Assembly: GCA_965204535.1 (NCBI GenBank)
Contig: CBDBEV010000001.1
Coordinates: 352,001-416,000 of the forward strand
Reading direction: 5' to 3'
Length of the DNA: 64,000 bases
Source of the DNA: a bacterium
GTDB taxonomy: Bacteria > UBA8248
Shown here: positions 28,033 to 38,850 of the stretch, piece by piece
How the letters are laid out: each line of letters opens with the position of its first letter
How positions within the stretch are numbered: position 1 is the first letter of the stretch
Translations under genes and position numbers: made by a program
The notes under the pieces: model-generated
Seen by the model: the letters and a program-made list of their open reading frames with translations, nothing else
Told to the model about the DNA's origin: nothing
Databases searched by the model: none

Positions 28033-29013
28033 CTACACACTCACTCCCAGCGCCTTCTTCGCGGCGTCGACGACGTTGGCGGTGTTGGGGAGCACGAAGT
28101 CCTCGAGGCGGGGCTCGAAGGGGATGGGCGCGTCGAGGGCGGCCACGCGGCCGATGGGGGCGTCGAGGTAGTCGAAGGCCTCTTCCTGAACCGCGGCGGA
28201 AATCTCCGAACCCACGCCGCTCCTCAGGTGCCCTTCCTCGACGATGATGCAGCGGTTCGTCTTGCGGACCGATTCGGCGAGCGTGGCGGTGTCGAGCGGG
28301 GCCAGGGTTCTCGGGTCGACCACTTCCGCGCTGATGCCTTCCCCGGCGAGTTCATCCGCCGCCGCCAGGCAGTTGTGCACCTGATAGCCCACGCCGATGA
28401 GGGTGATGTCGCCGCCTTCGCGCTTCACGGCCGCCTGGCCGAAGGGGGTGACGTGCTCTCCCTCGGGAACGGGGCCCTTCATCTTGTAGAGCATCTTGTG
28501 CTCCACCATGAGCACGGGGTTGTCGTCGCGAATCGCCGCGCACATGAGGCCCTTGGCGTCCGCAGGGTCGCTCGGCGCGGCCACCCTGATGCCCGGTATC
28601 TGCATGAACCAGGCCTCCAGACACTGGCTGTGCGTGGGGCCGTACTGCACGCCGCCGCCGCCGGGCGTGCGCACGACGAGGGGCACGCTCAACTGCCCGC
28701 CCAGCATGTAGCGCAGCTTGGCCGCCTGGTTGATGAGCGGGTCCATCGCCAGCATGATGAAGTCCATGAACATGATCTCGACGATGGGCCGGTAGCCCGC
28801 CATGGCGGCGCCCACGCCCGCGCCCACGATGCCGAGTTCGCTGATGGGCGTGTCGCGCACGCGGTCGCGCCCGAATTTCTCCGCGAGGCCCTTCGTCACG
28901 CCGAACACGTAGGCCAGTTCCACGTCCTCGCCCATGACGATCACGCGCTCATCTCTTTCCATCTCCTCGTGATGGGCTTCGGTCAACGCATCCACAAATG
29001 TGATCTCTCGCAT
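28033..29013 (-). CDS. 2-oxoacid/acetoin dehydrogenase E1 beta subunit
   Basis: GEDV, RVRDTPISELG, EIMFMDF, HSQCLEAWF, VVDPRTLAPLD. Confidence 0.93.
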   Translation of the reverse strand: MREITFVDALTEAHHEEMERDERVIVMGEDVELAYVFGVTKGLAEKFGRDRVRDTPISELGIVGAGVGAAMAGYRPIVEIMFMDFIMLAMDPLINQAAKLRYMLGGQLSVPLVVRTPGGGGVQYGPTHSQCLEAWFMQIPGIRVAAPSDPADAKGLMCAAIRDDNPVLMVEHKMLYKMKGPVPEGEHVTPFGQAAVKREGGDITLIGVGYQVHNCLAAADELAGEGISAEVVDPRTLAPLDTATLAESVRKTNRCIIVEEGHLRSGVGSEISAAVQEEAFDYLDAPIGRVAALDAPIPFEPRLEDFVLPNTANVVDAAKKALGVSV

Positions 29014-29067
29014 CTCATTTCTCTCCAGTGTTTTCACCGGGCGCACAGCACCGGGGGATTGGAATTT

Positions 29068-30060
29068 TTACGCGTATACGTCCTCGAGTGCGGATTCGAG
29101 CGTGGCTTCGGGGCTTCCCTCCGCGAAGTCGATGGCGTCGTTGAGCTCCTTGTCCACGGCTTTCAGGTGCGCCTTTTTCTGCGCTTCGGTGAGTTTCAGC
29201 ATGTCGGCCGCGATCGTGAGCGGATCGCGCTTTCGCCACTCGTCCACCTCTTCTTTCGTGCGGTAGGGGCCGAACTGGGGGTCGCCGCGCGAGTGGCCGA
29301 AGAAGCGATACGTCTTCGCCTCGATGAGGCTCGGGCCGCCGCCCTCACGCGCACGGCGCACGGCCTCGGCCGTCGCCTCGTAGACGGCCACGACGTCCAT
29401 GCCGTCCACCGTGAGGCCCGGCGAGTCGTAGCCCTGCGCGCGCACGCTGATGTCCTTGACGGCGGTGGAACGCTCCACGTGGTAGCTCACCGCGTAGTGG
29501 TTGTTCTCGCAGAAGAAGATGACGGGCAGCTTCCAGATGGCGCACAGGTTCATCGACTCGTGAAAACTGCCCTGGTTCGACGCGCCGTCCCCGAAGAAGA
29601 CCACCGCCACGCGGCCCGCGCCTTCGAGCTGATAGGCGAGGCCCATGCCCGTGGCCATCGGCATGTTCGCCCCCACGATGGAGTGCGCGCCGTAGTGGCC
29701 CTTGGAAATATCGGCGATGTGCATGGAGCCGCCGCGCGCCTTGCAGAGCCCCGTGGACTTGCCGAGAAGCTCGGCCATCATCTCGGGCATCCGGGTACCC
29801 TTGGCGATGGAGTGCCCATGGCCCCGGTGGGTGGTGAGGATGGCGTCTTCATCCTCGAGCGCGGTGCAGACGCCGACCGAGCACGCCTCCTGTCCGATGC
29901 TCACGTGGACCGCCCCCTTCACCCGGCCCGCCATGAAGAACTCGTCCGTCTTCTCCTCGAAGCGGCGGATGCGCAGCATGTTGCGGTACATCGCGTTCAG
30001 GTCTTTTTTCGTCAACCTCTTCGGCTTCGCCGATCTGCTCTTCTTCGCCCTGGTGGCCAC
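29068..30060 (-). CDS. 2-oxoacid/acetoin dehydrogenase E1 alpha subunit (TPP-dependent)
   Basis: GQEA, THRGHGH, GGSMH, FFGDGASNQG..ENN, TYRFFGHS. Confidence 0.93.
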   Translation of the reverse strand: MATRAKKSRSAKPKRLTKKDLNAMYRNMLRIRRFEEKTDEFFMAGRVKGAVHVSIGQEACSVGVCTALEDEDAILTTHRGHGHSIAKGTRMPEMMAELLGKSTGLCKARGGSMHIADISKGHYGAHSIVGANMPMATGMGLAYQLEGAGRVAVVFFGDGASNQGSFHESMNLCAIWKLPVIFFCENNHYAVSYHVERSTAVKDISVRAQGYDSPGLTVDGMDVVAVYEATAEAVRRAREGGGPSLIEAKTYRFFGHSRGDPQFGPYRTKEEVDEWRKRDPLTIAADMLKLTEAQKKAHLKAVDKELNDAIDFAEGSPEATLESALEDVYA

Positions 30061-30176
30061 GGCCTCCCCCTCCCGGCGATGACAACGGAATACGCCTTTT
30101 GAAGTATTGCGAGAAAGTGAATTCTAGACTCCCATCACTACCACACGGGGCGGTGGTGGTTCAATCGGCGCAGTGG

Positions 30177-30380
30177 GGGGTTGGTGAAAAAGCCTTTGCC
30201 AAAGGAGCAACCCCCCCTACCCCCCCTTGTCAGGGGGGTATAAAAAGGCGACGCCCGTCGCCGGTAGCTGGGCTTTTGTTTTTTCTTGCCCCCCTGTTAA
30301 GGGGGGGTAGGGGGGGTTGGTTTTCCAGTCGAGAGGATCGTCCCCCCTGCCTCCTGAAAAGGGAACTTTTTCAATACCCC
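30177..30380. mobile_element. MITE-like element with GGGG(T/A)TTG..GAAAAAG ends
   Basis: GGGGTTGGTGAAAAAG ... CTTTTTCAATACCCC enclosing the inverted pair CCCCCCCTACCCCCCCTT / AAGGGGGGGTAGGGGGGG. Confidence 0.6.
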
Positions 30381-30393
30381 GGTGCGTGATGCC

Positions 30394-31068
30394 TCACGCG
30401 CGCTTCGCCTTGTAGCGCAGGAACAGCTCATCCCCCTCTTGCCGGACCTCGACGAGCGCGAGCCCCAGAAATTCGCCCGAGGGGAACCCCGGCCCGTCCA
30501 TGAGCGTAGGAGCGTCGGAGCCGCCAGCCAGCCAGGGGGTGAGCGTCACGTGAAATTCGTCGATATGACGGGCGAACTCCCATACCAGGGAACCGCCGCC
30601 CTCTATCAGCACGCGCTTCATCCCCCGCTCCCCGAGATGGGCCAGCACCTGTGGCGCGAGGGGTTCCGCCTCATCCAGAACGACGATTTGCGCGCCTCCG
30701 GCCCTGTCTTCTGTGAGGCGGCGCGCGCCCTCAGGCGCCGCGAATATGAGCCGCTTGATCTCATCGGCTTCGAACCAGGGCAGTTTATCGGAAAATTCGC
30801 CGCTTTTCGTAACAAGAGCGTTCGCCGGATGCGGCGGGAGGCCGCGCTCGACGCGTTCGCGGGCAAGGGATTCCTCGCGCACCCTTGCGGGATGCCGCGC
30901 CGTCCTCAGCGTCTCGCCGCCCCATATCACGGCGTCTGCTTTGGCTCTTAAGCGATCCATCTCGAGACGGTCCGCTTTCGAGCCCAGGGAGAAATCCTCG
31001 CGGTCGAAACTTGCGATTTTCCCGTCGAGCGTCACCGCCAGATTCACGTATACGAAGGGTTTGTCCAT
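30394..31068 (-). CDS. RibD C-terminal (dihydrofolate reductase-like) domain protein
   Basis: AVTLDGKIA, LRAKADAVIWGGETLR, VLIEGGGSL. Confidence 0.88.
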   Translation of the reverse strand: MDKPFVYVNLAVTLDGKIASFDREDFSLGSKADRLEMDRLRAKADAVIWGGETLRTARHPARVREESLARERVERGLPPHPANALVTKSGEFSDKLPWFEADEIKRLIFAAPEGARRLTEDRAGGAQIVVLDEAEPLAPQVLAHLGERGMKRVLIEGGGSLVWEFARHIDEFHVTLTPWLAGGSDAPTLMDGPGFPSGEFLGLALVEVRQEGDELFLRYKAKRA

Positions 31069-31176
31069 GAAAATTCTCAACTCAAGGTTGTGGTCTGCCC
31101 GGTTAAGGCAGTAAAGTTTCCTGTCACCTCGTCTTCATGAACGCCGGCATTCATCAGACAAAGGAGAGAAAACACC

Positions 31177-31824
31177 ATGGGTGAATTCGACCAGAGAGTG
31201 GACCTTCCCGCACTCGATTTCCAGAAGCTCAACATCGGCCCCTACAGCAACAACGTGTACGTACTCACATGCAAGGCGACGAAGGAGTGCGTCATCATCG
31301 ACACCTCCCATTCCGCCGAGCCGATTCTCGCCGCGTGCGAAGGCGCCACGCCCAAGTACATTCTACAGACCCATTGCCACGGCGACCACATCGACGCGCT
31401 GGACGAGGTGCGCAGCCGGACGGGCGCGCCCCTGGGCCAGCACGCCGAGGACGCCAAGGAGTTCGGCATCAACCCGGATTTCACCATCGCGGACGGCGAG
31501 GAGATCACTTTCGGCGAGATTACCCTCAAGGCCATCCACACGCCCGGGCATTGCAAGGGCATGCTGATGTTCTACTACCCGGGCCACTGCGTCTGTGGAG
31601 ACACGATTTTCCCCGGCGGCCCCGGCAAGACCTGGAATCACGGGCAACTGCTGACCTCGCTCGATTCCATCGAGAACAAGGTCTTCGCCCTGCCGGATGA
31701 GACGGTGCTCTACCCCGGCCACGGAGCGAACAGCACCGTCGCGCAGAGCAAGGCGGAAGTCGCCGGGTTCCGCGCCGCAGGCCGGCCGGGGCCGGATGAA
31801 TTCGGGGACGTGACCTGGGACTGA
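31177..31824 (+). CDS. Metallo-beta-lactamase-fold hydrolase (glyoxalase II-like)
   Basis: THCHGDHID, HTPGH, GDTIF, YPGHG. Confidence 0.92.
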   Translation: MGEFDQRVDLPALDFQKLNIGPYSNNVYVLTCKATKECVIIDTSHSAEPILAACEGATPKYILQTHCHGDHIDALDEVRSRTGAPLGQHAEDAKEFGINPDFTIADGEEITFGEITLKAIHTPGHCKGMLMFYYPGHCVCGDTIFPGGPGKTWNHGQLLTSLDSIENKVFALPDETVLYPGHGANSTVAQSKAEVAGFRAAGRPGPDEFGDVTWD

Positions 31825-31906
31825 TGGGCGAAAAAGCTACCTGAAATCGGGGCGCGCGATTCCCGTCGCGCGGCTTGGGATGGTTAATTGAAATAGGAGC
31901 CTAGAA

Positions 31907-32299
31907 ATGAGTTCAGCCAGCATCGTATTCGATCACGTGCACGTCATCAGCAAAGACCCCGAGGCGAGCGTGAACTGGTTCGTCGAGAATCTCGGCGGCG
32001 AGCGCGGAGAGGGCGGCGTGTTCAAGGGCGCGCCGCAGATTCCCGTAAAATTCAACGGCGCCACGGTCATCGTCCGCGGGGAGAGAACCGGCGAGAGCGC
32101 AGGGGATAAGGGCGGCCTGGAGTGGGGGACGGATCATTTCGCCTTCGAGGTCTCGGGCGATTTCGACGCCTATTGCGACGACCTCAAGAAAAAGGGCGTG
32201 AAATTCACCGTGAAACCGGTACAATTCAACCCGACGACGCGCATCGCCTTCATCGAGGCGCCCGATGGCGTCAGCATCGAGTTGCTGAGAAGAACATGA
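31907..32299 (+). CDS. VOC/glyoxalase family protein
   Basis: FDHVHV, DHFAFEV, AFIEAPDGVSIELL. Confidence 0.9.
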   Translation: MSSASIVFDHVHVISKDPEASVNWFVENLGGERGEGGVFKGAPQIPVKFNGATVIVRGERTGESAGDKGGLEWGTDHFAFEVSGDFDAYCDDLKKKGVKFTVKPVQFNPTTRIAFIEAPDGVSIELLRRT

Positions 32300-32354
32300 C
32301 GCCGGAGAATCTTTGATCCGCCCTGTCAGGCCGCCCGGTTCGAAGAGGAAGACC

Positions 32355-33410
32355 GTGTTTCATCTCGCGCGAATCGCAGCGCTGTGCATCCTGATTCCGA
32401 CGATCGGATGGACGCCCGCGCCGATCTCGCATGCGCAAAACACGCCTGCGCAGGAAGAACTTCCCCCGGAACCGCCGCTCGGCCTCGACGACGTGCCTGT
32501 GCCCGATGACAACCCCATGACGCGGCCCAAGGTCGAACTCGGAAGGCTCCTCTACTTCGAAAAACGCTTCTCCGGCGACGGGAAGGTCTCCTGCGCGACG
32601 TGCCACATGCCCCGGCGCGGATTCTCGAACGCGCGCCAATACGGAATCGGCTTCGATGGCAGGCTCACGCTCAGGAACGTGCCCACCGTCATCAACGCCG
32701 CCTACAACGAGTCCCAGTTTTGGGACGGGCGCGCCGGCAGCCTCGAGGAGCAGGCCAGGGGGCCGATTCTCCACCCGAGCGAGATGGCATCGAGCGAAGA
32801 GAGAATCATCCGCACGCTCGGCGCGATCCCCGAATACCGCGAGCGATTCGCAGCGGCGTTCGGGAGCCCTGGGATCAGCCTGGAACGAGTCGCTCAGGCC
32901 ATCGCCACCTTCGAGCGCACCCTGCTCTCGGGGAATTCCCCCTTCGACCGCTGGAAATACGGGGACGATGAGTCCGCGCTCTCGCCACAGGCGATACGGG
33001 GATTCGAGGTCTTCAGAACCAAGGGAAATTGCGTGAAATGCCACCTGGTGGACGAGTTCAGCGCGCCCTTCACGGACGATAAGTTCCACAATCTGGGCGT
33101 CGGGATGGACAAGAAGCCCCTGCAACTCGGGCGAGAGGCGATCACCAAAAAAATCAAGGACCGGGGCAAGTTCAAGACGCCCACACTTCGCCACATCACC
33201 CGGACGGCGCCCTACATGCACGACGGCCGCTTCAAGACGCTTGCGGAAGTCGTCGATTTCTACGAGGAGGGCGGACACCCGAACCCGCATCTCGACCCGG
33301 ACATGAAGCCGCTCAAGCTCACGAAGACCGAAAAAGAGGACCTGATCGCCTTCATGGGCGCGCTCACGGGCGACCTCCCCGAGGTCAAAACCCCCGAGTT
33401 GCCGAAGTGA
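32355..33410 (+). CDS. Di-haem cytochrome c peroxidase (CCP/MauG family)
   Basis: Signal peptide; LGRLLYFE.R.S..SCATCH, QFWDGRA, CVKCH, FKTPTLR..TAPYMHDG. Confidence 0.92.
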   Translation: MFHLARIAALCILIPTIGWTPAPISHAQNTPAQEELPPEPPLGLDDVPVPDDNPMTRPKVELGRLLYFEKRFSGDGKVSCATCHMPRRGFSNARQYGIGFDGRLTLRNVPTVINAAYNESQFWDGRAGSLEEQARGPILHPSEMASSEERIIRTLGAIPEYRERFAAAFGSPGISLERVAQAIATFERTLLSGNSPFDRWKYGDDESALSPQAIRGFEVFRTKGNCVKCHLVDEFSAPFTDDKFHNLGVGMDKKPLQLGREAITKKIKDRGKFKTPTLRHITRTAPYMHDGRFKTLAEVVDFYEEGGHPNPHLDPDMKPLKLTKTEKEDLIAFMGALTGDLPEVKTPELPK

Positions 33411-33476
33411 AGCTTTTTCGGCAAACTCCACCTCGCCACCGCCCGAGCCGATTCGAACCGAGCGAGGACCATCCGG

Positions 33477-34190
33477 ATGAAGCGCATAAAGAAGACGTTT
33501 CCCCTCGCGGGAGTTTTCTCTCTCCTGCTCACGTGCGCTCATTCATACGGGGCGGAGATTCAGGAGGGGAAATCCCTTTTTGAGCGAAACAACTGCGGAA
33601 GCTGCCACACCCTGAAAGGCCCTGAAACCAGGATACCCCCGCCCGCGCGCCACGGCATCAAAGGCCCCGCGCTCTGGTATGCGGGCAGCAAGTTCCGGCC
33701 CGGTTTTCTGGCGAAATGGCTCGCGAAACCCGAACCTTTTCGAGGCGTCGTCTACGGCACCATGAAGCGGGGCAAATACCCGCACCCTGCCCTGCCCGAG
33801 GAGGAGGCGGCGAAGGTGGCGGCATATCTGGAAAGCCTCAAAGACCCCGAAATGCCGGCCGGCGTCGTTCCGCGCTGGAAGAAAATCCCCCGGAAAGTGC
33901 TCAGGCGGGCGAGAATCCTGTTTCAGAAAAAACAGCCGTGTTATTCGTGCCACATGGTCTCGATACGAAAGACGGTGTACCGGACGAAAATCGAGGTGGG
34001 CGGCCACAGCGCGCCCCATTTCAAAGATGCGGGGCGTAGGCTGAACCCCGATTTCATCGTGGCTTTCCTCAAAAAGCCTACGCGTTACAACCCCAACGGA
34101 AGAATGCCGGCCTACGGGGATGCGGCGTTCACGAAGCTGAGCGAGAAGGACTTCATCGCTCTCGCCGCCTATATCGCGAGTTTCAAATGA
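33477..34190 (+). CDS. Di-haem c-type cytochrome
   Basis: Signal peptide; CGSCH and CYSCH. Confidence 0.88.
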   Translation: MKRIKKTFPLAGVFSLLLTCAHSYGAEIQEGKSLFERNNCGSCHTLKGPETRIPPPARHGIKGPALWYAGSKFRPGFLAKWLAKPEPFRGVVYGTMKRGKYPHPALPEEEAAKVAAYLESLKDPEMPAGVVPRWKKIPRKVLRRARILFQKKQPCYSCHMVSIRKTVYRTKIEVGGHSAPHFKDAGRRLNPDFIVAFLKKPTRYNPNGRMPAYGDAAFTKLSEKDFIALAAYIASFK

Positions 34191-34615
34191 AGCTCCGCTC
34201 TCTCGGGAGAACGCTGATTCTCGTTCTCGTGATGGCGGCTGCGAACGCCCCCCTCTTTGCAGTCGCGGAGGAGCCCGCGAACCGCGTGAGCGCACAGGAG
34301 AACTTCCGCTGGTACTGCATCCAGTGCCACGGCCCCACGGGAGACGGCAAGGGGGTGAACAACACCGAAAAGCTGCCCGTGAGCCCGCGTAATCTCACCG
34401 ACGGGAAGGACATGGCCCAGTTCTCGGATGAGGACATGGTGCGCACCATCACCCGTGGGGGCGGGGCGAGCGACCTCTCCCCCATTATGCCGCCTTGGGG
34501 CAACGTGTTTACAAAACAGGAAATTCGTGATTTGGTGGCCCTGATCCGCAAGATGTGCGATTGCCGTTTCGACCCCAAGGCGAAAGAGACGTTTTTGAAG
34601 CAAGAAGGCCGGTAG
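34187..34615 (+). CDS. Mono-haem c-type cytochrome
   Basis: Signal peptide; CIQCHG, MPPWG; ATGA overlap. Confidence 0.88.
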   Translation: MKLRSLGRTLILVLVMAAANAPLFAVAEEPANRVSAQENFRWYCIQCHGPTGDGKGVNNTEKLPVSPRNLTDGKDMAQFSDEDMVRTITRGGGASDLSPIMPPWGNVFTKQEIRDLVALIRKMCDCRFDPKAKETFLKQEGR

Positions 34616-34626
34616 GTTCTTCTATC

Positions 34627-35592
34627 ATGTACAAAGCGGTCACCACTCTCATCATTTTTCTGCTCTTGGCTCCTGCAAGCGCGCTTGCGGCGGGCGAGCG
34701 GATTCTCGTCACGAACACGCGCGACGGCACGCTGAGCGTCATCTCGCGCGAAACGCATGAGGTCATCCAGACAATCCCCGCCGGCAGGAAGGCGAACCGC
34801 CTCTCGCTCGCGCCCGACGGGCGCCACGCCTTCGTCATCAACGACGGCAGCGCCTTCGTGCGCGTTTTCGACACGCACAAGCTCAAGTTCGTCCGCCGCG
34901 TGCGCGCGGGCCGCGACCCCTACAACCTGGCGTTCTCCCCCGACGGCGCGCTCGCCTATTTCGTGAACACCTATTCGGACAACGTGACGATCTTGGACGT
35001 CGCGGCGCGCAGGATCATCGGCTTGATCAAGCACGGGGGGAACAACCCGGTGAACATCAAACTGAGCCCCGACGGCCGCCGGGCCTTCGTGGCGAACGAG
35101 CTCAGCGAGGACGTCTCCGTCGTCGATCTCGAGACGAGAAAACCGATCAAGCAGATCGAGTCGGGCCACTACATCGAGGGCATCGACGTGACGCGCGACG
35201 GCAAAAGGCTCTACGTCATGAACGGGGAGCGGAACTCCTACAGCGTGGTCGACCTCGATACCCTGGAAATCATCCGCACCATGAAACTCTCCGGCGAGCC
35301 GCACGACGCTCTCATCACGCCGGACGGGAAATTCCTCTACGTCACCCTGCCGCACAAGAACAGGGTGTCGGTCTTCTCCCTGCCCGCACAAAAGCGCGTC
35401 GCCAGCGTCAGGCAGGGGGTGCGGCCCGACCTCATCGCCTTCACGCCCGACGGCGCACTCGCCTACGTGACGAACCGCGATTCGCAAGAAGTGTTCGTGA
35501 TGGACGCGAAAACACACCGCAACATCAAGAAAATCCGCGTGGGAAACGGGGCGCACGGCGTGCTCGTCGTACCGCCCGCGCCGATCAACTAA
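34627..35592 (+). CDS. YVTN/YncE-type beta-propeller, exported
   Basis: Seven (S/T/A)PDG..(Y/F)V.N-like repeats; signal peptide. Confidence 0.9.
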   Translation: MYKAVTTLIIFLLLAPASALAAGERILVTNTRDGTLSVISRETHEVIQTIPAGRKANRLSLAPDGRHAFVINDGSAFVRVFDTHKLKFVRRVRAGRDPYNLAFSPDGALAYFVNTYSDNVTILDVAARRIIGLIKHGGNNPVNIKLSPDGRRAFVANELSEDVSVVDLETRKPIKQIESGHYIEGIDVTRDGKRLYVMNGERNSYSVVDLDTLEIIRTMKLSGEPHDALITPDGKFLYVTLPHKNRVSVFSLPAQKRVASVRQGVRPDLIAFTPDGALAYVTNRDSQEVFVMDAKTHRNIKKIRVGNGAHGVLVVPPAPIN

Positions 35593-35778
35593 GGCCTTCA
35601 CTTTGACGACGGCGCGCCATGCACTATATCGGGTAGGCTCCTCCTCGTCTAAAGGTAAAAGACCATCGCCCATCCCGAACCAACGGCGCGGGCGACGGTG
35701 GATGTTGCTTTCCCCACCCCCATGCGTCATATTCGAGAGGCTACTCCACTCCCAAGCCAGACCCGCGGAGAGGAAAAG

Positions 35779-36060
35779 ATGACAGAATTTCAAATGGCAA
35801 CACTCGAGATTTCACGTGCAGGAATCGAGATTTCACGGATAGGACTCTGGATTTCAGCAATTCATGCCTTTATCTCACTCATGGTGGGCGTCGTACAATG
35901 CGCGCTCATCTGGTACGGGCTGAAACTCATGCAGCGTGGAACCGAAAGAAGAGAAGCACAAAGCAAACGGCAGCATGAAGAAACCATGGCCGCTCTGGAA
36001 ACCCGCCATCGCGAAAGCATGAGGGCCCTGGAAGCCCTGATTGAGAGAACTTCGAAGTGA
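35779..36060 (+). CDS. Small TM plus coiled-coil protein
   Basis: GAGG RBS; one hydrophobic helix followed by RQHEETMAAL/RHRESMRAL repeats. Confidence 0.65.
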   Translation: MTEFQMATLEISRAGIEISRIGLWISAIHAFISLMVGVVQCALIWYGLKLMQRGTERREAQSKRQHEETMAALETRHRESMRALEALIERTSK

Positions 36061-36185
36061 ACGGAGAACCAAACCGGCGCTTCACCTGATTTCCCTCGTC
36101 ATTCTCTATAGAGTTTCGAACACTTTGTTGGCGGAAAGCCGAAACTTCCCCTCACAGACCAGTGAGTCATACGACTCCGGCCGTA

Positions 36186-37070
36186 TCAAGAACCCTCGCC
36201 CGTGGCGCAGCGAAAGCCGATCTTGTTGTTGGTATAATCGGGTAGGCGGTGGTAGCGGTTGTGCGCCGTGGCCCAGGCGACCGGACTGCCCCAGGAGGCG
36301 CCGCGAACGACCCTGGTTTTTCCCTTAGCCGGCCCATGCGGGTCGCGCTTTACCATTTTTCTGTACGCCCTCGAAGCATATCGGTCGGCCACCCACTCCC
36401 AGACGTTGCCCGACATATCGAGCGCCCCGAACGGGCTCGCGCCCTTCGGGAAGCGTCCCACGGGGGAGACGCCGGGGAACCCGTCCTTCCCCCCTTTCAG
36501 GTTGGCTCTCATCGCGTCGCGCGCCACACCCCAGGGATAGCGCCTTCCGTCCGCACCGCGCGACGCTCGCTCCCATTCCGCCTCGGTGGGCAAACGCCTG
36601 CCCGCCCACCCACAATAGGCTTCCGCATCGGGCCAGCTCACGTGCGAGACGGGCTGCTGTGGCATTGTTTTCCAGGTGGATTTCGGGCCTTCGGGCTGAC
36701 GCCAGTTCGCACCCTTGGTCTTTCGCCAGCCTCCCTTTCCCTTTCTCAAGGAAGCGTCCCACGTCCAGGACCATTTCCGCTTCTCGGCCGTCGTCTTGTA
36801 TCCGGTCTGGGAGACGAAGCGCGCAAAACGCTCCGCCGTCGCCTCGGTCTCGTCGATCCAGAAACCCGAAACGAAAATTTTCCGGGGCGGACGCTCGTCC
36901 CTGTCGCCGGACTTGCTGCCCATCACGAACCACCCCGGGGGAACGTGCACCAATATTGCGCCGTCGAAGCCGGATATTTTCTTTCTGACCTGCTGCGCAT
37001 GAACAAACGAGCCGATGACGCCCAGAAAACAGATGAGGAGCAGACAAACGAGGAATCGTGGGGAAAACAT
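36186..37070 (-). CDS. Formylglycine-generating enzyme (FGE-sulfatase/SUMF1) domain protein
   Basis: [17 protein letters not shown]...[28 protein letters not shown]. Confidence 0.92.
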   Translation of the reverse strand: MFSPRFLVCLLLICFLGVIGSFVHAQQVRKKISGFDGAILVHVPPGWFVMGSKSGDRDERPPRKIFVSGFWIDETEATAERFARFVSQTGYKTTAEKRKWSWTWDASLRKGKGGWRKTKGANWRQPEGPKSTWKTMPQQPVSHVSWPDAEAYCGWAGRRLPTEAEWERASRGADGRRYPWGVARDAMRANLKGGKDGFPGVSPVGRFPKGASPFGALDMSGNVWEWVADRYASRAYRKMVKRDPHGPAKGKTRVVRGASWGSPVAWATAHNRYHRLPDYTNNKIGFRCATGEGS

Positions 37071-37138
37071 GCGCGTGCTCACCTCCTCATTCTCGGGTGA
37101 TGACGGCCGAATAGAGAGCACCCCGAAAAAGCGAATAA

Positions 37139-37567
37139 CTAGTCCCTCAGCGGGTCCCTGGGATCGTCCACGAACGTCGTGCCCGCCGCTTCCTTGTTGG
37201 GCATCCCGCCGTAGGTGAATATCAACTCCGCCGGATCGTCCGTGCTCGGATTCTCCTGTCCGTGGATGCACCCGCAGGGGAAATAGACGAAGTGGCCGAC
37301 GGGCACCTCTTTTCTTTCGATCTCCCCGCCCTCTTTCCAGTAGATGTTGACGGGGCCTTTCACCACGTAGATCGTGGTGTCGCAGTTTTTGTGGTAGTGT
37401 AGCGCGTTGCGGCCCTTGGGCGGGATGATGGTTCTGCCCATCGTGATGGTCTCCGTCCCCGTTGTCTCGCGGTTCACGCCCCAGCGGATGTCATAGGGCG
37501 GCTCATAGGCCTTGTCCTCGTCTACGTCCAGGGAATTTACGACTTGCGGTACAGGCAAATCCGCCAT
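37139..37567 (-). CDS. Cupin domain protein
   Basis: HYH.....IYVVKG and [12 protein letters not shown]. Confidence 0.85.
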   Translation of the reverse strand: MADLPVPQVVNSLDVDEDKAYEPPYDIRWGVNRETTGTETITMGRTIIPPKGRNALHYHKNCDTTIYVVKGPVNIYWKEGGEIERKEVPVGHFVYFPCGCIHGQENPSTDDPAELIFTYGGMPNKEAAGTTFVDDPRDPLRD

Positions 37568-37623
37568 GAGAGCACCTCCGAAATGTGAATGAAAACAGGT
37601 AAATTATCGCTCTGCCCTGCGCC

Positions 37624-38850
37624 CTACCCTTCGGGCGGAGCGGCCCAGGACACGATGTTCTTCTCTCTCAAGTCCTCGAGTTCATCTTCCTCCATCCCGA
37701 GGAGATCACCCAGAACCTCTCTCGTGTGTTCGCCCAGATAAGGTGCCCGCGCGTACTTCATATCCGCGCCCGGCAGCCTGATGGGCGGCCCGAGCACCTT
37801 CATGCTGCCCGCTGCGGGGTGCTCCATCTCGACAATCATGTCCCGCGCCAGGATCTGGGGGTCCTCCATCGCCTGCGCCACGGTGTTCACCGGCGCGAAG
37901 GGCACATGGCCCTGGAGCAGATCGGTCCACTCGGCGTTCGTTTTCTCCTGGAACGCCTTTTCGAGAATATCCAATAAAACTTCGCGGTTCTCGAAACGGC
38001 CCTGGGCCAGTTTGAAGCGCGGGTCCTCGGCGAGTGCCGGTAAGCCCATGCGCTCGACGAGGATGGGGAAAAAACTCTGCTTGAGGCAAAGCACGCTCAC
38101 CCAGCCGTCTTTGGTCTCGAAATTCTGCGCGGGCACCATCGAGGGGTGCGCGCTCCGGGAGAATTTCTGCGGCACATAGCCGCAGTTGAGCGCCCAGGTG
38201 GCCATGTACGCAAGCTGCACGAGGGCGCCGTCCATGAGCGCCACGTCGACGTCCCTCCCCTTGCCCGTGCGGTTCGCCTCCCACAGCGCGGCCAGCAGGC
38301 CAACGAGCGATATGAATCCGCCAGAGAAATCCACGAAGCTCACGCCGGCCTTGGTGGGAGGTCCGTCCGGCTCTCCCGTCAGGTCCATGATGCCGGCGTA
38401 GGCCTGCATGAGGTAGTCATAAGCCGGCTCGGGCGCCCTGGGACCCGTCATCCCGTAGCCTGAGAGAAAACAACACACGATTTTCTCGTTGTAGGGACCC
38501 AGGTGCTTATACGTGATTTCGAGCTTCTCGGGTGCATCGCCCCGGCAATTCGCATAGAGCGCATCCGCTTTGGGGACGAGCCTTCGCAATATCGCCTTCC
38601 CTTCGGGCGTGCGGATCCTGAGCGCGACGCTCTTCTTGTTGCGGTTGAAGGACTGGAAATAGTAGCTGTCGTTATGAGGAAGGGCATACGGGGGGACAGG
38701 CCGCGCGGAATCGCCGCCCACGGCGTGATCCTCTATCTTGATGACCTCGGCCCCCATGTCCCCCAACAGTTGCGAGGCCAGCGGCCCCGCCCCGAACTGC
38801 TCCACCGCCAGGATTCGAAGACCCTCCAGCGGAAGTCGACCATCCATCAT
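37624..38850 (-). CDS. CaiB/BaiF family CoA-transferase
   Basis: PLEGLRIL..AGP..LGDMGAEVIKIE, NRNKKSVAL, AYDYLMQA, APYLGEHT. Confidence 0.93.
   Translation of the reverse strand: MMDGRLPLEGLRILAVEQFGAGPLASQLLGDMGAEVIKIEDHAVGGDSARPVPPYALPHNDSYYFQSFNRNKKSVALRIRTPEGKAILRRLVPKADALYANCRGDAPEKLEITYKHLGPYNEKIVCCFLSGYGMTGPRAPEPAYDYLMQAYAGIMDLTGEPDGPPTKAGVSFVDFSGGFISLVGLLAALWEANRTGKGRDVDVALMDGALVQLAYMATWALNCGYVPQKFSRSAHPSMVPAQNFETKDGWVSVLCLKQSFFPILVERMGLPALAEDPRFKLAQGRFENREVLLDILEKAFQEKTNAEWTDLLQGHVPFAPVNTVAQAMEDPQILARDMIVEMEHPAAGSMKVLGPPIRLPGADMKYARAPYLGEHTREVLGDLLGMEEDELEDLREKNIVSWAAPPEG

Noticed and set aside
36186-37070. FGE/CLec-fold protein as a DGR target
   Set aside because: No template repeat of its 3' end and no RT nearby.
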